A stretch of 64,000 nt of DNA from NCBI GenBank assembly GCA_965227185.1, contig OZ245733.1, positions 3,594,074 through 3,658,073 on the forward strand, written 5' to 3'. A program made the translations under genes and the position numbers. Below, in pieces: positions 50,853-60,819 of this stretch; the stretch's first letter is position 1; the number at the start of each line of letters is the position of its first letter. The notes under the pieces are model-generated. The model was not told the DNA's origin. It searched no databases and was given only the letters and a program-made list of their open reading frames with translations. Source of the stretch: Roseovarius sp. (lineage in GTDB: Bacteria > Pseudomonadota > Alphaproteobacteria > Rhodobacterales > Rhodobacteraceae).

Positions 50853-50885
50853 TTCTGTTACAGTTTTGTAACGGTTTTATGACGG
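50853..50885 (-). promoter_or_regulatory. Pho box (three 11-bp repeats) upstream of pstS
   Basis: CCGTCAT-AAAA-CCGTTAC-AAAA-CTGTAAC-AGAA versus consensus CTGTCAT-A(A/T)A(A/T). Confidence 0.88.
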
Positions 50886-50902
50886 GTCGCTTTTTATGAA
50901 GG

Positions 50903-50917
50903 TTAACCGCGAATTAA
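50903..50917. promoter_or_regulatory. Perfect CtrA full-site motif
   Basis: TTAA-CCGCGAA-TTAA. Confidence 0.6.
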
Positions 50918-50954
50918 TTCCGGTTGACCTCGGGGCGCAGGGATCGGGGGTGCG

Positions 50955-52013
50955 TCAGGTTTGCCGCGCGGTGGGGCGCGAGGGCAGAATCACGTCGAAT
51001 CGGGTGCCCTGCCCCAGCTGCGATTCGACCTTCAGTCGCCCGCGGTGACGGTTGACGATGTGCTTGACGATAGCCAGTCCCAGCCCGGTGCCGCCCATCT
51101 CGCGCGAGCGGTGGCTGTCGATCCGGTAGAAGCGTTCGGTCAGGCGCGGGATGTGCACCTCCTCGATGCCGGGGCCTTCATCCGTCACCGAGATCACCGC
51201 TGACGGCCCGCGCAGCGCGGGGTGATCGGCATGCGCCGCGAGGCCCACCGTCACCGTCTTGCCCCGGCCGCCATACTTGATGGCGTTCTCGATCAGGTTG
51301 GTGAGGATCTGATGCAACTGGTCGGCATCGCCCGGCACCTGGATCTCGTCCAGCGCGGTCTGGAAGTCGATCTCGACGCCCGCCTCCTCGGCGATGGGAC
51401 GGGTGGCGTGGATCACGGCATTGACCAGGCGGATCAGATCGACGCGGTCGGTGGGGCGCACGCGTTCCTGCGCCTCGACCCGGCTGAGCGACAGCAGGTC
51501 CTTGACGAGCCGCTCCATGCGGCTGGCCTCGATCTGCATGGTGCCCAGGAAACGCTCGGTCGCTGCGGGGTCGTTGCGCGCCGGGCCGCGCAGGGTTTCG
51601 ATGAAGCCCAGCAGCGCCGTGAGCGGCGAGCGCAATTCGTGGCTGACATTGGCCACGAAGTCACGGCGCATCTGGCCCACCTGTTCGAAATGGGTGACAT
51701 CCTCGAAACAGACAAGCACGCCGGCGCCCGCCTCGGTCTCGACCGGGCTACAGGTGACGGCAAAGGTGGTGTCCTGTGCACCGTCGCTGGACAGGTGCCG
51801 GGTCTGGCGGGTTTCGCGGTCGCGCAGGGACGCCTCGACCGCGTCGAGAACGGTGGGCTGGCGAATGGCGGTGATGAAGTGGCGCCCGGTCAGCCCCGGC
51901 CCCAGCAGGGCCGTGGCGCGATCATTGACGCCCAGAATACGTTCGCCGCGTCCCACCAGAACCGAGGCCAGGGGAATCGCCTGCAAGAGCGTGGCGATAT
52001 TGCCCTGGTTCAT
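50955..52013 (-). CDS. phoR: Phosphate sensor kinase (PAS-HisKA-HATPase, no TM segment)
   Basis: DFVANVSHELRSPLT, NLIENAIKY, DEGPGI, ERFYR, GGTGLGL. Confidence 0.93.
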   Translation of the reverse strand: MNQGNIATLLQAIPLASVLVGRGERILGVNDRATALLGPGLTGRHFITAIRQPTVLDAVEASLRDRETRQTRHLSSDGAQDTTFAVTCSPVETEAGAGVLVCFEDVTHFEQVGQMRRDFVANVSHELRSPLTALLGFIETLRGPARNDPAATERFLGTMQIEASRMERLVKDLLSLSRVEAQERVRPTDRVDLIRLVNAVIHATRPIAEEAGVEIDFQTALDEIQVPGDADQLHQILTNLIENAIKYGGRGKTVTVGLAAHADHPALRGPSAVISVTDEGPGIEEVHIPRLTERFYRIDSHRSREMGGTGLGLAIVKHIVNRHRGRLKVESQLGQGTRFDVILPSRPTARQT

Positions 52014-52540
52014 TCGAGGTTGAGGCGGCGCATCCCCGCCCGGTAGCGTGCGGCGTTCTGCTGGTAATGCAATGCGGTCGCCTTGAACGCCTCGATGGCC
52101 GTCTCGTCCAGTTCGCGCACTATCTTGCCCGGCGCGCCCATCACAAGGCAGCCATCGGGAATTTCCTTGCCCTCTGTGATCAGGGCACAGGCCCCGATCA
52201 GGCAGTTCTTGCCGATCTTGGCGCCGTTCAGCACCGTGGCCCCCATGCCAATCAGCGTGTTTTCCCCAAGGGTGCAGCCGTGCAGCATCGCCTTGTGCCC
52301 GATGGTGCAGCCGCGCCCGATGGTCAGCGGAAAGCCGGGGTCGGTGTGCATGACGGTGTTTTCCTGCACGTTGCTGCCCTGCCCCACGACGATAGGCTCG
52401 TTGTCGCCGCGCAGGGTGCAGCCGAACCAGACCGAGGATGCCTCCTCCAGCACCACCTTGCCGATGATGTTGGCGTCTGGCGCGACCCAGGCGCCCTCCT
52501 CCAGTTGCGGGATCACGTCGTCAAGCGCGTAAATGGGCAT
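52010..52540 (-). CDS. Gamma carbonic anhydrase family protein
   Basis: LRGDNE, SNVQEN, HTD, GHKAMLHGC. Confidence 0.93.
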   Translation of the reverse strand: MPIYALDDVIPQLEEGAWVAPDANIIGKVVLEEASSVWFGCTLRGDNEPIVVGQGSNVQENTVMHTDPGFPLTIGRGCTIGHKAMLHGCTLGENTLIGMGATVLNGAKIGKNCLIGACALITEGKEIPDGCLVMGAPGKIVRELDETAIEAFKATALHYQQNAARYRAGMRRLNLE

Positions 52541-53179
52541 TCATCTCTCCTCGAATTCGGCCTGAAGGCGTTGCACATGGGCATTCAGGTCGGGCTGTTG
52601 CAGGCGGCGCAGGCGCGCGGCCGAGACGATGGTCTTGAGGGCCGTATCCGTGGTCTCGAGGTCGTCGTTGACCAGCACATAATCGTACTCGGCCCAATGG
52701 CTGATCTCGTCCCAGCTTTTCTGCATCCGCTTGGCGATCGTGTCGGGGCTGTCCTGCCCGCGCGTTTCCAGCCGGCGGTGCAGCTCGGTGATCGAGGGCG
52801 GCAGGATGAAGATCGACAGGGTATGCGGCCCAAGCACCGAGTTCTGGATCTGCTGCGCGCCCTGCCAGTCGATGTCGAACAGAACGTCGCGGCCTTCGTC
52901 GATGGCGGCCTGTACGGGGCCACGGGGCGAGCCGTAGAAATTGCCGAAGACATGGGCGTGTTCCAGCATCTCGCCAGCCGCCACCTGTTTGCGAAAGGTG
53001 GCGTCGTCGAGGAAATGGTAATCCTGCCCGTCCACTTCGCCGGCGCGCGGGGGCCGCGTGGTGGCCGAGACGGAAAACGAGATCGTCTTGTCCCAGTCGC
53101 GCAGGCGGCGCGACAGCGTGGATTTTCCCGCGCCCGAGGGCGACGACAGGATGATCAGAAGGCCGCGGCGGTGTTTCAT
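52541..53179 (-). CDS. gmk: Guanylate kinase
   Basis: [36 protein letters not shown]. Confidence 0.98.
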   Translation of the reverse strand: MKHRRGLLIILSSPSGAGKSTLSRRLRDWDKTISFSVSATTRPPRAGEVDGQDYHFLDDATFRKQVAAGEMLEHAHVFGNFYGSPRGPVQAAIDEGRDVLFDIDWQGAQQIQNSVLGPHTLSIFILPPSITELHRRLETRGQDSPDTIAKRMQKSWDEISHWAEYDYVLVNDDLETTDTALKTIVSAARLRRLQQPDLNAHVQRLQAEFEER

Positions 53180-53307
53180 GGGGCCTCCGATCCGGGCACG
53201 GCGCCCGGCTTTTTCTTGCTGGAAATACTCAGGCAAGCGCCGAAGGCGCGCTGCGGCGACGCCGAAGGCGGCGCAACACCTCTGGCCGGCTGGGTGGAAT
53301 TGGCCGG

Positions 53308-53448
53308 GAGGTCCCGGGTCAAGCCCGGGACGGGGTGGTCGTGGATGGCAGCGAGGTCTCCCCGGGTCAGGCCCGGGGCAGGCAGGATCAAGTCAGGGAC
53401 GGAGTGGTGCGAAATTGCCGGGAGATCCCGGATCAAGTCCGGGATGAC
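53308..53448. repeat. Tandem array of four CGTC-type REP palindromes (one degenerate)
   Basis: Units at 53308, 53353, 53385 and 53422; the last is identical to 7434-7460. Confidence 0.85.
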
Positions 53449-53470
53449 CTGCAAAACCGGGTTTTGCAGG

Positions 53471-54385
53471 TCACTCCACATTCTGCACCTGTTCGCGCAT
53501 TTGTTCGATCACGCTTTTCAGCTCCAGCCCGACGCTCGTCAACTCGCTGCTTTGCGCCTTGGAACACAGTGTGTTGGCCTCGCGGTTGAACTCCTGCGCC
53601 AAAAAATCCAGCTTGCGGCCCGCGGGGCTGCCCCCGGCGATCAGGTCGCGGGCGGCGGCGACGTGGCTGCGCAGGCGGTCGATTTCCTCGGTAACGTCGG
53701 ATTTGACCGCCAGCACCGCCAGCTCCTGGGCGATGCGCGATTCCTCGACGCCGTCGGTGTTGTCCATCACGCGCTGCAGGGCGGCGCGGAAATTGGCCTC
53801 GTTCTCGGGGCGGCGGGCCTCGGCGGCGGTGGCGGCGGCGTCTGTCAGCTCGGCGATCCGATCCAACTGCCCGGTCAGCACCTCGGCCAGCGCCGCGCCT
53901 TCGCGGCGGCGCATCGACTGGAAGCTGCTCAGGACGGTTTCGAAATCAGCGGCCAGCGCCTTGCCCAGGGCGGCGGTATCCTCGTCCTGCACGCCCGGCT
54001 CGAACACGCCGCGCAACCCCAGCACATCGGCGGCATTGGCCGGCGCGAGCGACAGGCCAAGCGCCATGGCGCGGGATTCGATTTCGGTCATCGCTGCCAG
54101 CACATTGTCCAGCTGGCCCGTATCCAGTTGCGCGGCCGCGCCGCCATCCTGGGTCTGCAGCTTCAGCGACAGGGTGACATTGCCACGCCCGAGCGCCTTG
54201 GTCAGACGCGCGCGCAAGGCGGGCTCCAGCCCTTCTATCCAGTCGGGTACGCGCAGGCGCAGGTCGAGCCCGCGCCCGTTGACCGCGCGCAAATCCCATG
54301 TCCAGCCGAAGCGGCCATGCGTCCCCTGCCCCGAGGCATAGCCGGTCATGGAATTGAGCTGCGCGGGGGATTGGGTCACGGGCAT
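53471..54385 (-). CDS. YicC/YloC family endoribonuclease
   Basis: SMTGYA, VNGRGLDL, DVTEEIDRL, GRKLDFLAQEFNREANT, EQVQNVE; precedes gmk. Confidence 0.95.
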   Translation of the reverse strand: MPVTQSPAQLNSMTGYASGQGTHGRFGWTWDLRAVNGRGLDLRLRVPDWIEGLEPALRARLTKALGRGNVTLSLKLQTQDGGAAAQLDTGQLDNVLAAMTEIESRAMALGLSLAPANAADVLGLRGVFEPGVQDEDTAALGKALAADFETVLSSFQSMRRREGAALAEVLTGQLDRIAELTDAAATAAEARRPENEANFRAALQRVMDNTDGVEESRIAQELAVLAVKSDVTEEIDRLRSHVAAARDLIAGGSPAGRKLDFLAQEFNREANTLCSKAQSSELTSVGLELKSVIEQMREQVQNVE

Positions 54386-54708
54386 TTGATCCTTTGCGGG
54401 GCGGGCCGCGAAAGACCCGTTCTTGCGATGGTTTCCTAGTGCCTCGGCGACCCGTTCGCAAGCGTCACGCGACGCCGGGCGTTAACCACTCGGAAAGAAA
54501 TTCAAACAAAATCGGGCAGAAATATGGCAAGCTTGTTTCAAGTCGAACTGCATCTGATTCAAGTTGAGCCTTTCAGGTTGATCGGACCGCAGGGGCGCCG
54601 GGGCGGTTTGCCTCGGTCGCGGCACCGGCGGATCAGGGTGGGTGGCCTTGGCGGCGGGAGTGAAAATTGAGTGGTGAGACCGGCCGTACGCCGGATGGGG
54701 AAAGACCG

Positions 54709-55410
54709 ATGAAGGATGATTCTGGAAGCTCGTTTCTGGACAAGATTGCCGATCTGCGGCCCTCGGGCAGCGGCGGTCACAGCGCCCGTGTCGAGGCCGA
54801 TCTGCAAAAGTTCGTCAGCTACTGGTCGGGGATGCGCCGGGACGGCGATGTGCCGCTGCGCACCGAGATCGACCCGCGTGGCATCGAGAGCCTGCTGAGC
54901 AATGCCTTCATCGCCGAAAAGGTCGCCCCCGGCATCGCCCGGCTGCGGATCGCCGGCACGCATCTGTCGGACGTGATGGGTATGGAAGTGCGCGGCATGC
55001 CCCTGTCGGCGCTGATCGCGGCCGAGGATCGCGGACAGATGGCCGACGCCACGGTCGATCTGTTCGAGCGACCCGCAACATTGCGGCTGGACCTGACAGC
55101 GCCCGGCGGCCTGCGCCGCGCGGCAATGGAGGCGACGCTGATCGTGCTGCCGCTGCGCAGCGACCTGGGCGATATCTCGCGCGCGTTGGGATGTTTCGTA
55201 TCCTCGGGCCCGATCGGCAACACGCCGCGCCGGTTCAAGATCGTGGATTGCAAGGTGACGCCGCTGGACCTGACCGACACGAAGGCCTCCGGATTTAGTG
55301 AAGAGCAGGCCCCGCTGGCGCCCCCTGCCCCGAAGGCCCGCGATGAGCAGCCCGCGCCGCTGTCACATCCCAGCGAGCGGCCCTACCTGCGTCTGGTTCA
55401 CAGCGACTGA
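54709..55410 (+). CDS. PAS-fold (PAS_5-type) protein
   Basis: YWSGMR, VPLRTEIDPRGIE, RLRIAGTHL, LPLRSD; ends in LRLVHS. Confidence 0.8.
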   Translation: MKDDSGSSFLDKIADLRPSGSGGHSARVEADLQKFVSYWSGMRRDGDVPLRTEIDPRGIESLLSNAFIAEKVAPGIARLRIAGTHLSDVMGMEVRGMPLSALIAAEDRGQMADATVDLFERPATLRLDLTAPGGLRRAAMEATLIVLPLRSDLGDISRALGCFVSSGPIGNTPRRFKIVDCKVTPLDLTDTKASGFSEEQAPLAPPAPKARDEQPAPLSHPSERPYLRLVHSD

Positions 55411-56024
55411 GCCGCGTCCAGCCTAGCCTTGAGCGCGGCGTTCTCGGCCCGCAGATCGGCCAGTTCCTGTTGGAACGGCGCGAGGATTGGCCCGAGTTCT
55501 TCCATGGTCAGGCGCACGGGGATGTGCTGCGGGCAGTTCCAGTCGAAGCCTTCGACGGTGATGACCACGGCCCGTTCCGGGCGGGCCTTGTAGCCATCAT
55601 CCATCAGCCGATTTATCAAGTCGGGATCGTCGCTGATCCGCACGCGGCCCAGGATCTTGAGCCGGGCGCTGTTCGGGTAATCCATCAGGATGAGCGAGAT
55701 ACGGTCGTTGTCCGCCAGGTTGCCGGTGGAGATATATTGGCGGTTGCCGCGATAGTCGGCATAGCCCAGCGTCTTGTCATCCAGCATCTTGAGAAAGCCG
55801 CGCGGGCCGCCGCGAAACTGCACATAGGGCCAGCCCGTGGCGCTGACCGTGGCCTGGTAGAAGCCGTCGCGCAGGGCGATGAACTGTGCCTCGTTCGGGC
55901 CGAGCCTGTCGTCGGCGGGGGCATCGGGCGCAAGGCTGCGGGCGTACATCGCCGCCGAGCCCTGTTTTTCCTGCATGGCGCGGACGGCCTCGGTGAAGGC
56001 TAGTTCGTGGAAGGTCTTGGCCAT
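55398..56024 (-). CDS. Pyridoxamine-5'-phosphate-oxidase-like FMN-binding protein
   Basis: GWPYVQFRGG, DYRGNRQY, RLKILG, FDWNCPQHIP; 13-bp 3' overlap with the PAS gene. Confidence 0.88.
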   Translation of the reverse strand: MAKTFHELAFTEAVRAMQEKQGSAAMYARSLAPDAPADDRLGPNEAQFIALRDGFYQATVSATGWPYVQFRGGPRGFLKMLDDKTLGYADYRGNRQYISTGNLADNDRISLILMDYPNSARLKILGRVRISDDPDLINRLMDDGYKARPERAVVITVEGFDWNCPQHIPVRLTMEELGPILAPFQQELADLRAENAALKARLDAAQSL

Positions 56025-56110
56025 GTCTTGCGTCCTTTCAGGGCATGAGACCGCTAGATCTGCGTGCGCGTCGGTTTTCGCAAATCACGACGCCGCGAGG
56101 CGCGGTGTGC

Positions 56111-57388
56111 TCAAAGCCCGTCGAACTGCGATTTCTGCGTTTCGTTCCAGCGCACGGTCAGGGTGTAGCCATCCTCGTCCTGCACCTCGTCCTCGACAAG
56201 CCCCTTCTCGAAGAGCCAGGCGCGTTTGCGGCCTGCGTCAAAGCCCAAGGTGAACGTCTCGACATGTGTGGTGCCCGCCAGCCGGGTGATGATGGTCTCG
56301 CTGAGCGCATCCATGCCTTCGCCAGTGATGGCCGACAGAAGCTGCACGTCATCGAGACGCGCGGCGCGGTTCTCGACCAGGGTGCGGTCGTCGGGCGAAA
56401 GACGGTCGATCTTGTTCCAGACCTCGATCTGGGGCGTGGTTTCCAGCACGCCAAGGCTGGTGAGGATGTCGTGCACGTCGCCGGCCTGATCCTCGGTCTC
56501 GGGGTGCGAGATGTCGCGGACATGGACGATCAGGTCGGCGGCCAGCACTTCCTCGAGCGTGGCGCGGAAGGCGGCGACAAGTTCCGTGGGCAGGTCGGAG
56601 ATGAAACCGACGGTGTCGGACAGGATCACCTCGGGGCCGCCACCCGGCAGCGCGATCTTGCGCATGGTAGGGTCAAGCGTGGCAAAGAGCATGTCCTTGG
56701 CCATGACCTCGGCCCCGGTGAGGTGGTTGAAGAGCGTGGACTTGCCCGCGTTGGTGTAGCCGACAAGGGCCACGATGGGGAACGGCACCTTGGCGCGGGC
56801 GGCACGGTGCAAGGTGCGGGTTTTGACGACCTTTTCCAGCTGGCGGCGCAGACGGACGAGTTGTTCGTCGATGGCGCGGCGGTCAGCCTCGATCTGCGTC
56901 TCGCCGGGCCCGCCGACAAAGCCAAGCCCCCCGCGCTGGCGTTCGAGGTGAGTCCAGGCGCGCACGAGGCGTGTGCGCTGATAGGAAAGCGCGGCCATCT
57001 CGACCTGCAGCACGCCTTCGCGGGTGGCGGCGCGGTCCGAGAAGATTTCCAGGATAAGCCCGGTGCGATCCAGCAGTTTGACGCCCAGCTTCTTTTCGAG
57101 ATTGCGCTGCTGCACGGGCGATACCGGGCCGTCGATCAGGACCAGCTCAATCTCGTGGTCCTCGACCAGGGCCTGAATCTCGGCCATCTTGCCCTTGCCG
57201 AAAAGCATGCCGGGATGCGGGTCGCGCAGGCGTACCACGGAGCCGTCCAGCACCTCGAGCCCCGGCAAGGCGTGGGCCAACGACACGGCCTCTTCAAGCG
57301 CGAGCGCGGGGTCACGCTCGCGGTCTGAACTTGGGATATCCGGGTGCAGGACCCAGGCGCGGGTGTCGGAGCGTTCGGTCTGGGTCAA
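56111..57388 (-). CDS. hflX: GTPase HflX
   Basis: [32 protein letters not shown]. Confidence 0.98.
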   Translation of the reverse strand: MTQTERSDTRAWVLHPDIPSSDRERDPALALEEAVSLAHALPGLEVLDGSVVRLRDPHPGMLFGKGKMAEIQALVEDHEIELVLIDGPVSPVQQRNLEKKLGVKLLDRTGLILEIFSDRAATREGVLQVEMAALSYQRTRLVRAWTHLERQRGGLGFVGGPGETQIEADRRAIDEQLVRLRRQLEKVVKTRTLHRAARAKVPFPIVALVGYTNAGKSTLFNHLTGAEVMAKDMLFATLDPTMRKIALPGGGPEVILSDTVGFISDLPTELVAAFRATLEEVLAADLIVHVRDISHPETEDQAGDVHDILTSLGVLETTPQIEVWNKIDRLSPDDRTLVENRAARLDDVQLLSAITGEGMDALSETIITRLAGTTHVETFTLGFDAGRKRAWLFEKGLVEDEVQDEDGYTLTVRWNETQKSQFDGL

Positions 57389-57624
57389 GACCCGTCATCG
57401 CCCTCGTAAAGGCTGAGCGGCTGGGACGGCATGATCGTGGACACGGCATGCTTGTAGACAAGCTGTGACTGCCCGTCGCGGCGCAGCAGGATGCAGAAAT
57501 TGTCGAACCAGGTGATGACACCTTGCAGTTTGACGCCGTTGATAAGGAAAACGGTGACCGGGATCTTGGTCTTGCGTACCTGATTCAGAAATGCGTCTTG
57601 CAGGTTTTGTCGGTCTGTCGCCAT
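57385..57624 (-). CDS. hfq: RNA chaperone Hfq
   Basis: [25 protein letters not shown]. Confidence 0.98.
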   Translation of the reverse strand: MATDRQNLQDAFLNQVRKTKIPVTVFLINGVKLQGVITWFDNFCILLRRDGQSQLVYKHAVSTIMPSQPLSLYEGDDGS

Positions 57625-57803
57625 TGTTTTTATAGCCTTTGTTCTTGCGAAGGGCCTTTGGTGGCCCCTTTCTCCCTCGGGTGGGAGTATGGAGTGCGCG
57701 TTTGGGAGTTTCCAGCCCAAAAATCAAATCGTTGCGGTGTCTTGCCGGGGTGGCGTTTCAGGAGTGTGACAACATTGCCGCGGGGGGCGGATTTTCCCGA
57801 CGG

Positions 57804-59321
57804 TCAGCTGCGCCACAGGCTGGGGTTGAAAAGTGCAATCAGCGCCAGCGTCTCCATCCGGCCCAGCACCATGGCGGCGGAAAAGACCAGTTTGGCCGCA
57901 GGTTGCATCTCCAGCAGGGCGATGGGCGCGTCGGCGCCGACTTGCGTGAGCGGCCCGGCGGTGGCAAGGGCTGCAGTCGAGAGCACGATGGCGTTCTGCA
58001 GGTCCTCGCCGAAGGCGGCCATCAGGACGGTCACCAGCGCCAGCGACAGGGCGAAGAGCATGAAGAATATCCACGCCACGAACGCGCCCTCGCGCCGCAT
58101 GCGGCGGGTGTGAACGCCGGCGCGGCCGACCGAGGAGGGGTGGATCAGCCGCTCCATCTCGCGCTGACCGTTGAGGTAGAGCGCGTAGATGCGCAGGAGT
58201 TTTACACCGCCCGCCGTGGTGGCCACGCCGCCGCCGAACATCGCCAGCCCCATCAGCAACAGCCCCGGCGTGCCGAGGCCCGACCAGGATTGCGCGGCCT
58301 CCCACGCGGCACTTTGAAAGCCGGTGGTGGACAGAAAGGACATGACGGTGAACGTGCCGCCCCAGAGCGCCTGTAGCGCCCTACCGAAATCCTCGACCTG
58401 GTCGACATCGAAGGCGCCCAGCCAGTGGCGCGAGAACAGGATCAGCGGCACGCCCAGCACCAACGCGCAGCCGATGCGGAACTCGGGGTCGCCCAGGACG
58501 CTGGTGGATTTGCTGGTCAGCGTGTCCGACGAAAAGGTCAGCCGCGACAGGGCGAAGAACATGAAAAGGAAGATCACGATTTCGCCGCCAAAGCCGCTGC
58601 CGGCATTTTCGACCCCGCCGACGGCGGAGATGCCGCTGGTGGCCATCGTGGACATGGCATGTACCGCCGCCACCAACGGACGGTCGCCGCCGATCACCAG
58701 CAGGAACCACACAACCCCGGTGAGGCCCACATAGACCGGCGCCAGCGCCTGGGTGCTTTGCGCGATGCGGCGGGCAGAGCTGGCGCGGCGGAACCGGCTG
58801 AGCGCATCCTCGCCCTGCCCCGGTTCGGCGGAAACGGTAATCTCGAAACCGCCAAGATTCATGGGCGCCAGCACCGCCGAGGCGGCGATCCAGATCAGAA
58901 GCCCGCCGAACCAGCCGACCATGCCGCGCCACAGATGCAGGCTGTCGACCAGCCGCGCGGGATTGTCGAAGAGCGTGGCGCCGGTGGTGGTCAGGCACGA
59001 GACCATTTCGACATAGGCGTTTAGAAACCGCGTCGTCTCCAGCCCCTCGTAGAAAGGCAGCGCCAGAAACACCGGCAGCGCGGTATAGGCCAGCGCCAGC
59101 GAGGCGAGGTTCTGAATGTCCGAGTTGTCCTGCTGGCGGCGGCCGGCGATGGCCAGGCCGACCAGCAGGATGAAGGTGATCCCCAGCACGCTGGAATAGA
59201 GAAACGCGCGGGCGACGGAATGATCGTCCTGCACGAAGGCATGCAGCGCGGGGCCGAGCATGGCGATGCTGGCGATCCCGGTCAGTACGAGGATGAGTGG
59301 GAACCGCAGCAGACGGGCCGT
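57804..59321 (-). CDS. trkH: TrkH-family potassium uptake membrane protein (start codon uncertain)
   Basis: SCLTTTGAT, MATSG, STTGF, TAGGVK; follows trkA. Confidence 0.88.
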   Translation of the reverse strand, partial: TARLLRFPLILVLTGIASIAMLGPALHAFVQDDHSVARAFLYSSVLGITFILLVGLAIAGRRQQDNSDIQNLASLALAYTALPVFLALPFYEGLETTRFLNAYVEMVSCLTTTGATLFDNPARLVDSLHLWRGMVGWFGGLLIWIAASAVLAPMNLGGFEITVSAEPGQGEDALSRFRRASSARRIAQSTQALAPVYVGLTGVVWFLLVIGGDRPLVAAVHAMSTMATSGISAVGGVENAGSGFGGEIVIFLFMFFALSRLTFSSDTLTSKSTSVLGDPEFRIGCALVLGVPLILFSRHWLGAFDVDQVEDFGRALQALWGGTFTVMSFLSTTGFQSAAWEAAQSWSGLGTPGLLLMGLAMFGGGVATTAGGVKLLRIYALYLNGQREMERLIHPSSVGRAGVHTRRMRREGAFVAWIFFMLFALSLALVTVLMAAFGEDLQNAIVLSTAALATAGPLTQVGADAPIALLEMQPAAKLVFSAAMVLGRMETLALIALFNPSLWRS

Positions 59322-59340
59322 GAGGCCCGGCGAGGATGTC

Positions 59341-60717
59341 TCAGAAGAAATCAATCGAGACCTGCAGGAGCTGTTCCACCCGGCCCACATCCGAGGCCAG
59401 CGCGAAGATCACCACCACGTCGCCCGCCTCGATCCGCATGGACCCGGAGGGTTTCAGCACCTTACCGTCCCGTAGCACGCCCCCCACAAGCACGCCTTCG
59501 GGAAAGTCGATCCCGCGGATCGCGGCGCCGGCGATGTTGGAGGTGGACATGACCTCGGCCTCGATCACCTCGGCCTCGGCGTCGCCGATGGAATAGACCG
59601 AGCGCACGCGCCCGTGGCGGACGTGGCGCAGGATCGAGCTGACGGTGGTGGAGCGCGGGTTGATATAGGCGTCGATGCCCAGGGGCTCCATCATCGGCAG
59701 AAGCGTAGGGTCGTTGATCAGTGCGATGGCGAAGGGGCATCCCTCGGCCTTGGCGCGCACGGCGGCCAGCATGTTGGTCTTGTCGTCGTCGGTCACCGCC
59801 AGCACCGCATCGGTGCGCGAGATATTCGCCTCGGCCAGCAGTTGCGCGTCCAGCCCGTCGCCATTGAGCACGATGGTGCGCTCCAGCGCGTCGGCGGCGC
59901 GTTCGGCGGTCTTGCGGTCGCGCTCGATCACCTTGACGCGTGTGCGCTTGCCGCGCTTCTCGATCCGCTTGGCGACGCTGAGGCCGATATTGCCGCCGCC
60001 GATGATGACCAGGCGTTCCTGCGTCTGCGAGGTCTTGCCGAAGACCTCCATCGTGCGCGGCACGTCCTCGGACGGGGCAAACACATAAGCATCGTCGCCG
60101 ACGAAAAGCTGGTCCTCGGCCTCGGGCGCGAAAAGCTTGCCGTCGCGGCGGATGGCCAGCACGACCACTTCGAGGGTCGAAAAGAGGTCGGTCAGCTGCC
60201 GCAGCGGCGTGTTGACGATGGGGCAGTCATCCTCGATCCGCAGGCCCAGTAGCTGTGCCTTTCCTTCCATGAAGGTTTCGGTGTCGAAGGCTGCGGGGGC
60301 CGCAAGGCGTTGCAGCGCGGCCTCGGCTACCTCGCGCTCGGGCGAGATGACCACGTCGATGGGCATGTGGTCGCGGCGGTAGAGATCGGAATAGATGGCA
60401 TCCAGATAGGACTGGCTGCGCAGGCGCGCGATCTTGCGGTTGATGGAAAAGACCGAATGCGCCACCTGGCAGGTGACCATGTTGACCTCGTCGGAATAGG
60501 TGGCGGCGATGATCATGTCGGCATCCCGCGCGCCGGCCTGATCCAGCACGTTGGGATAGCTGGCAAAGCCGTTGATGCCCTGCACGTCCAGCGTCTCGGT
60601 CGCGCGGCGCACCAGATCGGGGTTGCTGTCGACCACGGTGACGTCGTTGCGTTCGCCCGACAGGTGGCGTGCGATCTGCCAGCCGACCTGCCCTGCCCCG
60701 CAGATGATGACCTTCAT
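59341..60717 (-). CDS. trkA: Trk system NAD-binding subunit
   Basis: Two RCK_N/RCK_C pairs with GAGQVG and GGGNIG. Confidence 0.97.
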   Translation of the reverse strand: MKVIICGAGQVGWQIARHLSGERNDVTVVDSNPDLVRRATETLDVQGINGFASYPNVLDQAGARDADMIIAATYSDEVNMVTCQVAHSVFSINRKIARLRSQSYLDAIYSDLYRRDHMPIDVVISPEREVAEAALQRLAAPAAFDTETFMEGKAQLLGLRIEDDCPIVNTPLRQLTDLFSTLEVVVLAIRRDGKLFAPEAEDQLFVGDDAYVFAPSEDVPRTMEVFGKTSQTQERLVIIGGGNIGLSVAKRIEKRGKRTRVKVIERDRKTAERAADALERTIVLNGDGLDAQLLAEANISRTDAVLAVTDDDKTNMLAAVRAKAEGCPFAIALINDPTLLPMMEPLGIDAYINPRSTTVSSILRHVRHGRVRSVYSIGDAEAEVIEAEVMSTSNIAGAAIRGIDFPEGVLVGGVLRDGKVLKPSGSMRIEAGDVVVIFALASDVGRVEQLLQVSIDFF

Positions 60718-60819
60718 GGGCTATGCCCTTATTGACCCAATCGAGGGCTTTGAATGACAGATGGGGCAGTCACGGTCAATTGCTTTGTCCTGTGCGCGTT
60801 TATGGATAAGCTGGACTGT

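Noticed and set aside
53308-53448. Possible CRISPR array
   Set aside because: Units are unequal and degenerate, linkers resemble each other rather than being unique spacers, the unit is dispersed elsewhere as a REP, and no cas genes are present.
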